The notes: generated from the letters alone by a model not told the origin. Positions 50,079 to 59,551 are shown, numbered from the stretch's first letter. The stretch: 64,000 bases of DNA from Spirochaetia bacterium (GCA_963677925.2 CAXXYH010000004.1:1792001-1856000), one strand, 5' to 3'. Numbers and translations: made by a program.

Positions 50079-51338
50079 TTACTGATCGTTTGTGAAAAAT
50101 TTCTTGCCGATATCTTTCCGGTACCAGGAGCCTTCAAATGAAACACCCTTTACAGCCTCATATGCCCTGGCGTTAGCCTTTATAATGTTGCTGCTGATAC
50201 CAACACAGGTAAAGCATCTTCCGCCACCGGTTAGAACCTTGCCGTTATCGTCTTCTGTTGTTGAAGCATGGAAAACGAGCGCATCCTTTTCCGGATAGCT
50301 TGGGATAGGGTTCACTTGCTTTCCTTTTTCATAATCTCCGGGATAACCGCCGCTGGCGACTACAACCCCAAGTGCCGAGTTGTTTGAAATCCTGATATTA
50401 TATTCATCAAGCCAGCCGTTGAGAATGGCATCGGCAATATTTCCAAAATCAGAGTCGATAAGCGGCAGTAGAACCTGAGTTTCTGGATCTCCGAATCTAA
50501 CGTTATATTCAAGAAGCATTGGACCCTTTTCCGTTATCATAAGACCGAAGTAAAGAACACCCTTATAGCTTAATTTTTCCTTTTCCATTCCCTTGAAGGT
50601 TGGTATAACAATTTTTTCTTCAATATCTTTAAGCATTGAAGAGTTAATGATTGGTACTGGACATATTGCACCCATACCGCCTGTATTGGGGCCTGTATCA
50701 TTATTACCGGCACGCTTGAAGTCGGCGCAGACAGGAAGAAGTTTGTAATTTTTACCGTCAGTCAGGGCAAAGATTGAGACCTCATAACCTTCAAGGCATT
50801 CCTCTACAAGGAGGATATCTCCTACAAGAACATCTTTACCGAAGGCAATCAGTTCATCATGATCTGCTGAAACTAAAACACCCTTTCCGGCAGCAAGACC
50901 GTCTTTTTTGATTACTGCAGGCCCCTTGAGTGATTTGATATACTTTTCGAATTTATCGCTGTTGCTGAATGATTTTGCATCTGCAGTAGGGATCTTGTTG
51001 GATTTCATAAAATCCTTTGAAAAAATCTTGCTTGATTCAAGCTTTGAGGCTGCTTTATGAGGGCCAATGGCAGGTATACCTGCTTTTTCAAGTTCATCTA
51101 CAATGCCGGCAGCCAGAGGGGCTTCCGGTCCTACAAATACATGTGATATATCATTTTCACGGCAGGCCTGTATTACAGATTCCGCATTTTCCGGGTCAAC
51201 ATCCGGAAGATTCATTCCAAGTTCATTAGTACCGGCGTTTCCCGGAGCTATGAATAGTCCGCAAATTCTCTTGCTATTGGAATATTTCCAGGTAATTGCG
51301 TGTTCTCTGGCTCCTGATCCAAGAATTAGAACTTTCAA
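50079..51338 (-). CDS. purD: phosphoribosylamine-glycine ligase
   Basis: GSGAREHA, GPEAPL, DGLAAGKGV, GPNTGGMG, EYNVRFGDPETQ. Confidence 0.97.
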   Translation of the reverse strand: MKVLILGSGAREHAITWKYSNSKRICGLFIAPGNAGTNELGMNLPDVDPENAESVIQACRENDISHVFVGPEAPLAAGIVDELEKAGIPAIGPHKAASKLESSKIFSKDFMKSNKIPTADAKSFSNSDKFEKYIKSLKGPAVIKKDGLAAGKGVLVSADHDELIAFGKDVLVGDILLVEECLEGYEVSIFALTDGKNYKLLPVCADFKRAGNNDTGPNTGGMGAICPVPIINSSMLKDIEEKIVIPTFKGMEKEKLSYKGVLYFGLMITEKGPMLLEYNVRFGDPETQVLLPLIDSDFGNIADAILNGWLDEYNIRISNNSALGVVVASGGYPGDYEKGKQVNPIPSYPEKDALVFHASTTEDDNGKVLTGGGRCFTCVGISSNIIKANARAYEAVKGVSFEGSWYRKDIGKKFFTNDQ

Positions 51339-51384
51339 AAAAAACCTCCTGTGGTGCGATCGATCCGATTTTAGTTATTTTGTT

Positions 51385-51945
51385 TTATACAGAATCCAGC
51401 AATTCCCGAAGAACTGCCGGGTAGAAGAGGTGTTCGAGTTCGTGGATCTTTGACTCGATCTCATCTAATGATTCCTCTCCGTTTCTATTAAAAGACTTTT
51501 GCACAATTACGGGGCCAGTGTCAAGACCATAGTCAACCCGGTGGATTGTGATGCCCAGCTCCCTGTCGCCGGATTCGAAACTCTCAAGAATACCGTGTGT
51601 ACCGGGATATTTTGGAAGAAGTGAAGGGTGAATATTGATGATACGGCCTTGATAACTGTCTATCAGAACCGGGGTAAGAAGTCTCATAAAACCTGCAAGC
51701 GCTATTAGGTCGGTATTCCTCTCTTCAAGCTTCATTATTATATCTGTTTCAGCTTCTTCTCTAGTTCGTTTGTAATATGGGATGTAGATTCCCTCTATTC
51801 CCAGCCTCTCGGCTCTTTTGAATACCCCGGCATCTTTTCTGTCGCAGATCATGCAGACAGTCTTATGACTGCTGTCTGCAAGTGATTCTGCTATGGCCTC
51901 AAAGTTGGAACCGTTTCCCGAGGCCAGAATAGCGAGATTAGCCAT
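51385..51945 (-). CDS. purN: phosphoribosylglycinamide formyltransferase
   Basis: ASGNGSN, LAGFMR, NIHPSLLP, LDTGPVI. Confidence 0.97.
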   Translation of the reverse strand: MANLAILASGNGSNFEAIAESLADSSHKTVCMICDRKDAGVFKRAERLGIEGIYIPYYKRTREEAETDIIMKLEERNTDLIALAGFMRLLTPVLIDSYQGRIINIHPSLLPKYPGTHGILESFESGDRELGITIHRVDYGLDTGPVIVQKSFNRNGEESLDEIESKIHELEHLFYPAVLRELLDSV

Positions 51946-52900
51946 TTATTATTTTACCGATTTCCATAAGCTCTATACCGGTTTCTGAAGCAGTCTTTTT
52001 CAGTTTGTCAGCAAATTCAGGAGCTGATGTGAAAGCAATACCGACTCCCATGTTGAAAACCTTCCGCATCTCAGCGTCTTCTATCTTGCCTATGGAACTG
52101 ATTGCTTCAAATATTTCAGGAACGGGCCAGCTGTAGTTGAATTCAGGTTTCACATTTTTAGGCAGTACTCTGATGAGGTTTCCAGTCAAGCCTCCGCCCG
52201 TAATATGTGCGGCCGCATCGACGTATCCGCTTCCAATCAGAGTTTTGAGTGCTTTAACATAGATAACTGTCGGTTCAAGAAGCAGTTTCATGAGCTTCTC
52301 ATCCGTATCGGGTATTATCTTTCTTGCTAGAGACAGGCCGTTTGAGTGAATCCCGGATGAGGGCAGTCCGTAAATGATATCTCCGGCTTTAACCTTAGAG
52401 GTTCTTGGGAGCATTTCTGATTTTTCGACAAGTCCAACGCAGAAGCCGGCCAGATCGAAGTCGTCGCCCTGATACATGTCAGGCATTTCCGCTGTCTCTC
52501 CGCCGCTAAGGATACATTCAGCCTGTTCGCAGCCGTTTACAATACCGGAGATGACCTCTTTCATGATGTCTTCGTTAAGGCTTCCGCAGCCGATATAGTC
52601 CAGGAAGGTCAGCGGCCATGCGCCGCAAACTGCAAGGTCGTTTACGCACATTGCTGTAAGATCTATTCCAATTGTATCGAATTTCTTAAGTTTCTGTGCA
52701 ACCAGAAGCTTGGTTCCGACTCCGTCTGTTGAAGAGAGCATTACCGGATTCTTAAATCCACTCATATCAAGTTCGATTCCGCCGGCAAAGCCTCCGATTG
52801 CTCCGGATACGGCACTGGACTTAAGTCCGGAAATGTATTCGGCAAACCTGTCGCCCTTTTCTATATCTACACCGGCTTCAGAATATGATTTGATACCCAA
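51938..52900 (-). CDS. purM: phosphoribosylformylglycinamidine cyclo-ligase
   Basis: YSEAGVDI, TDGVGTK, GGETAEMP, HSNGLSL, HITGGG; start moved to TTG 52900 after AGGAG. Confidence 0.96.
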   Translation of the reverse strand: MGIKSYSEAGVDIEKGDRFAEYISGLKSSAVSGAIGGFAGGIELDMSGFKNPVMLSSTDGVGTKLLVAQKLKKFDTIGIDLTAMCVNDLAVCGAWPLTFLDYIGCGSLNEDIMKEVISGIVNGCEQAECILSGGETAEMPDMYQGDDFDLAGFCVGLVEKSEMLPRTSKVKAGDIIYGLPSSGIHSNGLSLARKIIPDTDEKLMKLLLEPTVIYVKALKTLIGSGYVDAAAHITGGGLTGNLIRVLPKNVKPEFNYSWPVPEIFEAISSIGKIEDAEMRKVFNMGVGIAFTSAPEFADKLKKTASETGIELMEIGKIING

Positions 52901-52901
52901 G

Positions 52902-54290
52902 TTAATATCTCCTATTTTCCGGTATCTGAACCGGATATTCTCCGCAGAAGCATGCATAACAGTAATCACTGCTGCTGCCTACGCATTCTTTAAGTTTTTC
53001 GATTGGAAGGAACATCACCGAATCGGCACCTATGTGCTCTGCTATCTGTTCGGGAGTCATGCTGTTTGAGATAAGTTCTTCACGCGTAGGAATGTCAATT
53101 CCAAAATAGCATGGCCATTTGAGTTCAGGTGATGAGAGTCGCAGGTGTACTTCAGCGGCACCTGCTTCTTTAAGAAGCTGAACAAGAATCTTGCTGGTTG
53201 TGCCGCGGACAAGTGAATCATCAATAAGGATTATTTTCTTCCCTTTAATGGTTTCTCGAATCGGATGAAGTTTCATCCTTACTGCAAGTTCGCGCTGGGC
53301 CGTTGTCGGCATGATAAATGAGCGTCCTGCATAGTGATTTCTTGTTAGACCGTGATCGAAAGGGATTCCGGAGGCTTTAGCGTAGCCGATAGCAGCGTTG
53401 TTTCCTGAATCCGGTACCGGTATTACGATATCGCCTTTGACGGGATCACATTCTGCCAATGCCGCACCCATTTTCTTTCGCATTCCATGAACGGATTCAT
53501 CAAAAACCTTGGAGTCCGGACGTGCAAAATAGATAAGCTCGAATATGCACTGACTTTTCGGGGCTGTTTTACCCAGAAAAATACTCCTGACGCCGGATTC
53601 ATCGGCGATAATCATCTCTCCGGGTTCTACCTGTCTGTATTCAGTTACATTCAGGGTCTCCAATGCACAGGTTTCGCTTGCAACTGCAATTAACCCGTCC
53701 TTCTCTCCTATATAGAGAGGTCTGAATCCATTGGGGTCGCGTACGGCGATGAAGCTGTCATTATGAAGCATCACCATACTGTAGGCTCCTTCCAGCTGCT
53801 CAAGTGTTTCTACAAGTGCATCATAGAAGCTTGTTTTCCTGCTTCTGGCTGTAAGGTGCAGGATAAGCTCGGTATCACTGGTTGTCTGGAATATTGAGCC
53901 CTCTGCACGCAGTGCTTTGTGAATATCAGCTGCATTGGAGATGTTGCCATTATGTGCAAGCGCTATTTCACCTTTATTGCATTCAACGTTTATGGGCTGT
54001 GCATTTTCGAGCCTGTTTCCGCCTCTTGTTGAGTAGCGCACATGGCCTATGCCTGCTGTGGTCAGCTTCTGTACCTGAAGGTATCTTGAAAGAACAGTTG
54101 AAACCATTCCAAGATCCTTATAGGTGACTGTGTGACCGTCTTTGCGATATGAAATACCGGTACTCTCCTGACCTCTGTGCTGAAGTGAGAAGAGACTGTA
54201 GAACAGCATTTCCGGGATGTTAACTGCTTTTTTTGAGTAAAAACCGGCCACTCCGCAGTAATGGCCAAGGCTGTCTGTTTTATCGTCCAC
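52902..54290 (-). CDS. purF: amidophosphoribosyltransferase (propeptide + Fe-S type)
   Basis: 11-aa propeptide then CGVAG, QHRGQES, GHVRYST, DDSLVRGTT, CYACF. Confidence 0.97.
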   Translation of the reverse strand: MDDKTDSLGHYCGVAGFYSKKAVNIPEMLFYSLFSLQHRGQESTGISYRKDGHTVTYKDLGMVSTVLSRYLQVQKLTTAGIGHVRYSTRGGNRLENAQPINVECNKGEIALAHNGNISNAADIHKALRAEGSIFQTTSDTELILHLTARSRKTSFYDALVETLEQLEGAYSMVMLHNDSFIAVRDPNGFRPLYIGEKDGLIAVASETCALETLNVTEYRQVEPGEMIIADESGVRSIFLGKTAPKSQCIFELIYFARPDSKVFDESVHGMRKKMGAALAECDPVKGDIVIPVPDSGNNAAIGYAKASGIPFDHGLTRNHYAGRSFIMPTTAQRELAVRMKLHPIRETIKGKKIILIDDSLVRGTTSKILVQLLKEAGAAEVHLRLSSPELKWPCYFGIDIPTREELISNSMTPEQIAEHIGADSVMFLPIEKLKECVGSSSDYCYACFCGEYPVQIPENRRY

Positions 54291-54295
54291 AATGA

Positions 54296-54324
54296 AAGCT
54301 ACCAGAACTGAAAAACCTTGTAAA
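54296..54324 (-). promoter_or_regulatory. sigma70 promoter candidate for the pur operon
   Basis: Minus strand TTTACA, 17 nt, TAGCTT with TGn; 5 nt before the purF GTG. Confidence 0.55.
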
Positions 54325-54395
54325 GACTCCGGCCTGAAAATTCAGGACATTAAATCTATGATTATCAGCTTAAAGCCATAGTCCTGATTCATTTA

Positions 54396-55382
54396 TCAAT
54401 ATAAAGACAGTATTGATCTGTATTCTTCAAAAGATGAGGCATGAACAATTCTATTACGCAGTGAAGCCGCTCCGGAGGATCCCTTTATGTATGAACATAG
54501 GTGTTTTTTCATTTCCCTGCATGCCCTCTGTTCTCCGTGAAGCTGAACAGCAAGTTCAAGATGTTCAAGCGCTGTTCTTATCTTTTCATTTTCCCGCGGA
54601 GGAGGGGGGACTGTTCCTATAGTAAGTAGCTCCCTGGTCATGCTGAAGATCCATGGATTGCCGAGTGAGCCCCTGGAAAACATTACACCGTCGCAGCGGG
54701 TTGAAGAAATCATATTGTATGCGTCTTCAGGACTGAAAAGATCTCCCGAACCAATTACCGGGACCGTTATATTTTCTTTCAGAATCTTTATAAGTGTCCA
54801 GTCGGCTTTTCCTGAATAGCCCTGAACCCGTGTTCTAGGGTGAAGACTTACCATTGAGGCTCCTGACTCTACTGCAGTTTCCGCAGCTTCAAGGAAATTC
54901 AGGCTGCCTGAATCCCATCCGGACCTGATTTTTACTGAAACCGGAATGTTTTTACCTGCAGCAGCAATTCCTTCATTCATGGCTTTCACAACTTCGCCTA
55001 GACGCACTGTATCTTTCATAAGTGCGGAGCCTGCGCCGTTTTTTATTACCTTTGGTACAGGACATCCGCAGTTTAAATCAATTACAGACGGGTTGTATTC
55101 CAGTACCGTTTGCATCGACTCTTTTGCAATTTCCGGATCTGAGGTAAAAACCTGGATGGCAAGGAATTTTTCATTTTCAGCCGGATTCATCAAGGCTATG
55201 GTTTTCTCCCCTTCTCGTATAATACCGTCACAGGAAACCATTTCGGTAAAGCACATATCCGCACCGAGTTTTGTTGAAATACTTCTGAAAGGCGCATCTG
55301 AAAACCCGGCAATAGGGGCTAAAAAAATATTGCCCGGAATCGTGATTCCGGGCAATTCTATTTCATGATATAAACTGTTCAT
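54396..55382 (-). CDS. dusB: tRNA-dihydrouridine synthase DusB
   Basis: LAPIAG, TEMVS, IDLNCGCPVPKV, VKIRSGW, HPRT. Confidence 0.92.
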   Translation of the reverse strand: MNSLYHEIELPGITIPGNIFLAPIAGFSDAPFRSISTKLGADMCFTEMVSCDGIIREGEKTIALMNPAENEKFLAIQVFTSDPEIAKESMQTVLEYNPSVIDLNCGCPVPKVIKNGAGSALMKDTVRLGEVVKAMNEGIAAAGKNIPVSVKIRSGWDSGSLNFLEAAETAVESGASMVSLHPRTRVQGYSGKADWTLIKILKENITVPVIGSGDLFSPEDAYNMISSTRCDGVMFSRGSLGNPWIFSMTRELLTIGTVPPPPRENEKIRTALEHLELAVQLHGEQRACREMKKHLCSYIKGSSGAASLRNRIVHASSFEEYRSILSLY

Positions 55383-55398
55383 TGAAAGTATTATTCTC

Positions 55399-56172
55399 TC
55401 AGTCGGAGATACCGAAGAAATTCATTGAATTCTCATAGATAATATCACTGAATTCTTCTATAGATATGCCTCTTAAATCAGCAAGAAATTCAGCAGTAGC
55501 ATGCAGATAAGCCGGTTTGTTTCGTTTACCGCGATAGAGTGAAGGAACCATGAAGGGGCTTTCTGATTCTATGAGCATGCGGTCAAGAGGCATATTCCTG
55601 GCTGTGTCATGCAGATTTCTTGCATTCCTGTAGGTTACATTTCCTGCGAAAGATATATACAGGTTGAGTTCGAGGGCTCTCTGTGCATAGTTCCAGTCTT
55701 CTGAGTAGCAGTGGAGTATGCCGCCCCTTGATGGAAGTTTTTCGCTCAGAATGCTGAGTACATCTTCACCGGCTTCCCTGTTGTGAATAATTACCGGTTT
55801 GTCCAGTTTCTCTGCAAGTTCCAGCTGGCGGATAAAAAGTTCGACCTGTGAATCTCTGTTTCCGAATTTACGGTAATAATCGAGACCTATCTCGCCTACG
55901 GCAACAACTCGTGGAAGTGATGTCCCTTCTATTATCTTCATTTCCCAGTCAGATCCGGGGTTCTGAACCTCAGAGGGCGATACACCTATACTGTGATATA
56001 TATGTGTTGCAGTCTCAAGATTGGGATAAACATAATCAAAATCTCCAAGGCTGTTACAGATACTGACAATATGTTTTACGTCTGATTGACGTGCTTCCTG
56101 GCAAATAATTAACTGCTCGATAGGGTCTTCATTGATAAGCCCTATATGCGCGTGAGTATCAAAAAGCTTCAT
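55399..56172 (-). CDS. tatD: TatD-family hydrolase
   Basis: DTHAH, GEIGLDY, IHNREA, LHCYS, ESESPF. Confidence 0.92.
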   Translation of the reverse strand: MKLFDTHAHIGLINEDPIEQLIICQEARQSDVKHIVSICNSLGDFDYVYPNLETATHIYHSIGVSPSEVQNPGSDWEMKIIEGTSLPRVVAVGEIGLDYYRKFGNRDSQVELFIRQLELAEKLDKPVIIHNREAGEDVLSILSEKLPSRGGILHCYSEDWNYAQRALELNLYISFAGNVTYRNARNLHDTARNMPLDRMLIESESPFMVPSLYRGKRNKPAYLHATAEFLADLRGISIEEFSDIIYENSMNFFGISD

Positions 56173-56230
56173 AGTATTTCCTATTTAAAAAAGTGGTTTA
56201 TTTTGGTCTATAATTACAATGATACAGTTA

Positions 56231-56259
56231 AAACTACCACGTTCACCATTCGCCGTCAA
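56231..56259 (-). promoter_or_regulatory. sigma70 promoter for tatD-dusB
   Basis: Minus strand TTGACG, 17 nt, TAGTTT with TGn. Confidence 0.6.
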
Positions 56260-56293
56260 CATTTATTTAATAAATGTTTTTATACTTATTATC

Positions 56294-56322
56294 TTGCTAG
56301 TATCCGAAAATTAAAATATAAT
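56294..56322 (+). promoter_or_regulatory. sigma70 promoter for the M23-bactofilin operon
   Basis: TTGCTA(56294-99), 17 nt, TATAAT(56317-22); SD GAGGAG 56328-33. Confidence 0.7.
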
Positions 56323-56340
56323 ACGCAGAGGAGAACGGTT

Positions 56341-57354
56341 TTGTCAGCTGAGCGCTATAAGAAGTTCGAAAACAGATTCGTCGAGAATGCTGGACGTGTA
56401 TTCAGGAAGATAGGTGTAACATTTTCTTCCGCAGTTCACAGCTTTCTAAACGGCGGAAAACAGAAAATTACCATCATGCTCATTCCTCATTCGGAAAAGA
56501 AGGTTGTAAATTTCAGAATCTCTGTTTTTGCACTTGTATTCATTTTTGTAATCACTGTTGGTGTAATTTCCTCTTTCTTTGTATACACCACCAGAATGTC
56601 AGGAATAGTACACCAGCTTGCTGAGCGTACCGAGGATCTTGATTCTGCGGAATCAAATCTGGACCTTCTGATGGACCAGGTTTCCGATCTTAAAAAATCG
56701 TCCAGAAGTTTTGAAGTAGCCCTCGATAAGGCTATGGATATTCTTAATATCGATAATGAAAAAGAACTAAAGGCCAGTGTTGCCGACGGTGATTTTGCCT
56801 CCCTTATTTCTGCAAGTGAAACAGAAGCAGGAGTTATCAGGGAAATCAGTGAACTGAAAAATCTATCCGCCTATCTTCAGGATTCAGTCGAATCATTCAG
56901 TAAGATTACGGATTTGATTATCTCTCAGGGTGATCTTCTGGTTGAAATGCCGACACTTTGGCCTGTTGAAGGCGGTGACGGCAGAATTACCAATTATTTC
57001 GGTCCGGCAGAACACCCCTTTACGCATCAATGGTACCTGCATAAGGGTATTGATATAGGGTACGGCTTTGGTAAGCCTATTCTTGCCGCGGCTAACGGCA
57101 AGGTTGTAGAAAAAAAGTATGAACCTCTAGGATTCGGAAACTACATTGTTATCAGGCATAATTACGGCTTTCTGACGAAATATGCGCATCTTAATGATGT
57201 TTACGTCAATGAAGGAGATGTTGTAACCCAGGGCCAGGTAGTCGGTGCTATGGGAAGCACAGGGCTTTCAACCGGACCTCATCTGCATTTTGAGGTAAGG
57301 ATCGGTTCACAGGTTGTTGACCCTGAAAAATTTCTCAACGTCAGAAAGAGGTAG
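56341..57354 (+). CDS. membrane-anchored coiled-coil M23 metallopeptidase
   Basis: HKGID, YAHL, STGPHLHFEV; TM and coiled coil; TTG 56341 after SD. Confidence 0.93.
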   Translation: MSAERYKKFENRFVENAGRVFRKIGVTFSSAVHSFLNGGKQKITIMLIPHSEKKVVNFRISVFALVFIFVITVGVISSFFVYTTRMSGIVHQLAERTEDLDSAESNLDLLMDQVSDLKKSSRSFEVALDKAMDILNIDNEKELKASVADGDFASLISASETEAGVIREISELKNLSAYLQDSVESFSKITDLIISQGDLLVEMPTLWPVEGGDGRITNYFGPAEHPFTHQWYLHKGIDIGYGFGKPILAAANGKVVEKKYEPLGFGNYIVIRHNYGFLTKYAHLNDVYVNEGDVVTQGQVVGAMGSTGLSTGPHLHFEVRIGSQVVDPEKFLNVRKR

Positions 57355-57389
57355 GACCGGACTCCGGATTTTTTGCATTTAAGGATTCT

Positions 57390-57842
57390 ATGATGAGTAA
57401 TTACCTTTCGGAAGAAGGAACATTCATTAATTCCCTGATAGGGGATGGTACCGTGTTTAAGGGAGAGTTATCTCTTAATGGTCTGCTTCGTATCGATGGA
57501 GATTTTTCAGGCACGGTAAAGACTGAAGGAAAAGTACTAATAGGAAAAACCGGCAGGGCGGAAGCTGTCATCGATGCCGGTACTATTGTTATAGGCGGTG
57601 TGCTTAAGGGAAACATAACTGCAACTGAGAAGGTTATTATTCTTTCAACCGGCATGCTTATAGGTAATGTTTCTACACCGCGTTTTATTGTTGAAGACGG
57701 AGTAATTTTTGACGGTAACTGCAAGATACTTCAAAACGACAATTCTGACCGTACTAACAGCAGTTCTGATGAAGGCAAGTTCTTTAAAGGCTATGCTGAG
57801 AAGCTGAAAGGGCTAGAACCAGTTTCTTCATGGAAAAGATAG
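57390..57842 (+). CDS. bactofilin (polymer-forming cytoskeletal protein)
   Basis: SLIGDGTVFKGEL...LRIDGDFSG...VIGGVLKGNITA...GVIFDGNC beta-helix pattern. Confidence 0.93.
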   Translation: MMSNYLSEEGTFINSLIGDGTVFKGELSLNGLLRIDGDFSGTVKTEGKVLIGKTGRAEAVIDAGTIVIGGVLKGNITATEKVIILSTGMLIGNVSTPRFIVEDGVIFDGNCKILQNDNSDRTNSSSDEGKFFKGYAEKLKGLEPVSSWKR

Positions 57843-58327
57843 ATTTCCCTTCCGGGGGCTCACTATCAAGCAAAGGCAGCGGTAATAATAAGGTAAAGAA
57901 AGGAAAGGAATCTCCTCTGGTTTTCAAGAGTCTTGTAGAGTCTGAAACTTTAACTGCAAATGCAGTTAAAGGTGTAGAGGGATTCGATGAAGATGCAGAT
58001 CTCGAAGACCTTCTTGATGATGTGCATCAGAATGGAGAACAGCTTCTTGAGAGCCCGTCATTGTCTGCTGTTATGGCCTATAAAAAATCAGTTAGAAACT
58101 TTATTCATTATATCACTCAGCAGTCACTTTCTGTTGAATCAATTGATGGTGTTAAATTCAGTAAATATAAACCATCGAATAAGCAGAAAAGGTATACCCT
58201 TATTCGTGTGATTGATGATAAACTTGAAAAACTTGCAAGTGGAATACTTCAGAACCAACTTAAACAGCTGGATCTTCTTGCCAAGGTTGAAGAGATAAAT
58301 GGTCTGTTAATTGATATGACCAGATAG
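57830..58327 (+). CDS. YaaR/DUF327-family protein
   Basis: GEQL...YKKSVRNFI...IDDKLEKLA...LLAKVEEINGLLIDM. Confidence 0.8.
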   Translation: MEKIDFPSGGSLSSKGSGNNKVKKGKESPLVFKSLVESETLTANAVKGVEGFDEDADLEDLLDDVHQNGEQLLESPSLSAVMAYKKSVRNFIHYITQQSLSVESIDGVKFSKYKPSNKQKRYTLIRVIDDKLEKLASGILQNQLKQLDLLAKVEEINGLLIDMTR

Positions 58328-58340
58328 GAGTACTTTTATT

Positions 58341-59201
58341 ATGGAAGGTAACAGTTCAACAGCTGTTAAACATATTTATAGATTTAAAATGCTGCATTCA
58401 AGCGAGACCCATCTTTGTGAGGTGGGGCAGGAGCTGGAAAACGGCAGTTTTTCAGTTATAACCAGCCGTTACGGCAAAGATGTTGCCAAAGTGATGGGGC
58501 AGCTGAAATGCAGACCTGAAGAGAAGCATGAGGGTGAATTCCAGAACTTTATCAGGATAGCTACTGAAGATGATATGTCACAGTATGAGGCCAATCTGAT
58601 TAAGGAAAAAGAGGCTGTTAAGATTTGCCGTGAAAAGGTTGCGGCGCATAGTCTTGATATGAAGCTTGTCTCTGCTCATTATCTTCCGGAAGAATCTAAG
58701 ATTCTATTCTTTTTTACAGCCGATGCCCGTGTTGATTTTAGAGAGCTTGTAAAAGATCTTGTTTCGATATTCAAGATGCGGATAGAGCTTCGGCAGATTG
58801 GTGTGAGGGATGAATCCAGGGTTCTGGGTGGAGTTGCTGTCTGCGGAAGGCAGTACTGCTGCCATAACATCACAGACAGGCTTCAGTCTGTCTCGATTAA
58901 AATGGCTAAAGAGCAGAATCTGTCACTGAATTCAATGAAGATTTCCGGCCCTTGTGGAAGACTTTTATGCTGTCTTTCCTATGAATATGATTTTTATAAG
59001 GAAGAAAAAAGAAAGCTTCCATCTGAAGGAAACAAGATTACAATAGGTAAAACAGTCTTTAAGGTAACTGAAGTAAATATTCAGTCCATGAAAATAACGT
59101 TATATGGTGACGACGGCCGTAAGGCGGAAGTTCCGGCAGATAAATTTGCCAGAAAGACGGAAAACGGTCCATGGGAATTTACAGGCAGTCTTGAAGATTG
59201 A
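58341..59201 (+). CDS. ricT: PSP1-domain protein (RicT/YaaT family)
   Basis: RVDFRELVKDL, RIELRQIGVRDE, CGRQYCC, KISGPCGRLLCCL. Confidence 0.9.
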   Translation: MEGNSSTAVKHIYRFKMLHSSETHLCEVGQELENGSFSVITSRYGKDVAKVMGQLKCRPEEKHEGEFQNFIRIATEDDMSQYEANLIKEKEAVKICREKVAAHSLDMKLVSAHYLPEESKILFFFTADARVDFRELVKDLVSIFKMRIELRQIGVRDESRVLGGVAVCGRQYCCHNITDRLQSVSIKMAKEQNLSLNSMKISGPCGRLLCCLSYEYDFYKEEKRKLPSEGNKITIGKTVFKVTEVNIQSMKITLYGDDGRKAEVPADKFARKTENGPWEFTGSLED

Positions 59202-59226
59202 CTTTCATAAAGTTTTTTGTTAGATT
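59198..59226 (+). promoter_or_regulatory. sigma70 promoter for the 56-aa gene
   Basis: TTGACT(59198-203), 17 nt, TAGATT(59221-26) with TGn. Confidence 0.7.
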
Positions 59227-59267
59227 AAAGCGTCGGAACAAGCATAAAATTACATAAGGAGTATCAA

Positions 59268-59438
59268 ATGGCACAGGTCAGTAAGAATGCGCGTGTTGGC
59301 TCTGGTACACATAAACACACATGTCCATGTGGTGGAGATGTTAAGATGAGAGCAGTTTTCCAGAATGGTAAACTCAAAAATGTCGCAGTATGTGAAAAAT
59401 GCAGCAGAAGAGAGAGAAGACCAAGCGACTTCAAATAA
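59268..59438 (+). CDS. 56-aa basic zinc-ribbon protein, candidate lineage-specific ribosomal protein (not in ORF track)
   Basis: MAQVSKNARVGSGTHKHTCPCGGDVKMRAVFQNGKLKNVAVCEKCSRRERRPSDFK*; SD TAAGGAG, own promoter and terminator. Confidence 0.85.
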   Translation: MAQVSKNARVGSGTHKHTCPCGGDVKMRAVFQNGKLKNVAVCEKCSRRERRPSDFK

Positions 59439-59461
59439 TCACTTTTAACTGTATTTAGCCG

Positions 59462-59500
59462 AGGCTGTCTTCATTATACTGAATGACAGCCTTTTTGTTT
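59462..59500 (+). terminator. intrinsic terminator after the 56-aa gene
   Basis: AGGCTGTC-TTCA-ttatac-TGAA-t-GACAGCCT then TTTTGTTT. Confidence 0.85.
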
Positions 59501-59551
59501 TATTACCGTAATTTAAGCAGATATCCACCTGGTATAATCAGAGATATATAC

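Noticed and set aside
56146-56340. 65-codon N-terminal extension of the M23 ORF in the track
   Set aside because: Overlaps tatD and both divergent promoters; SD and promoter point to TTG 56341
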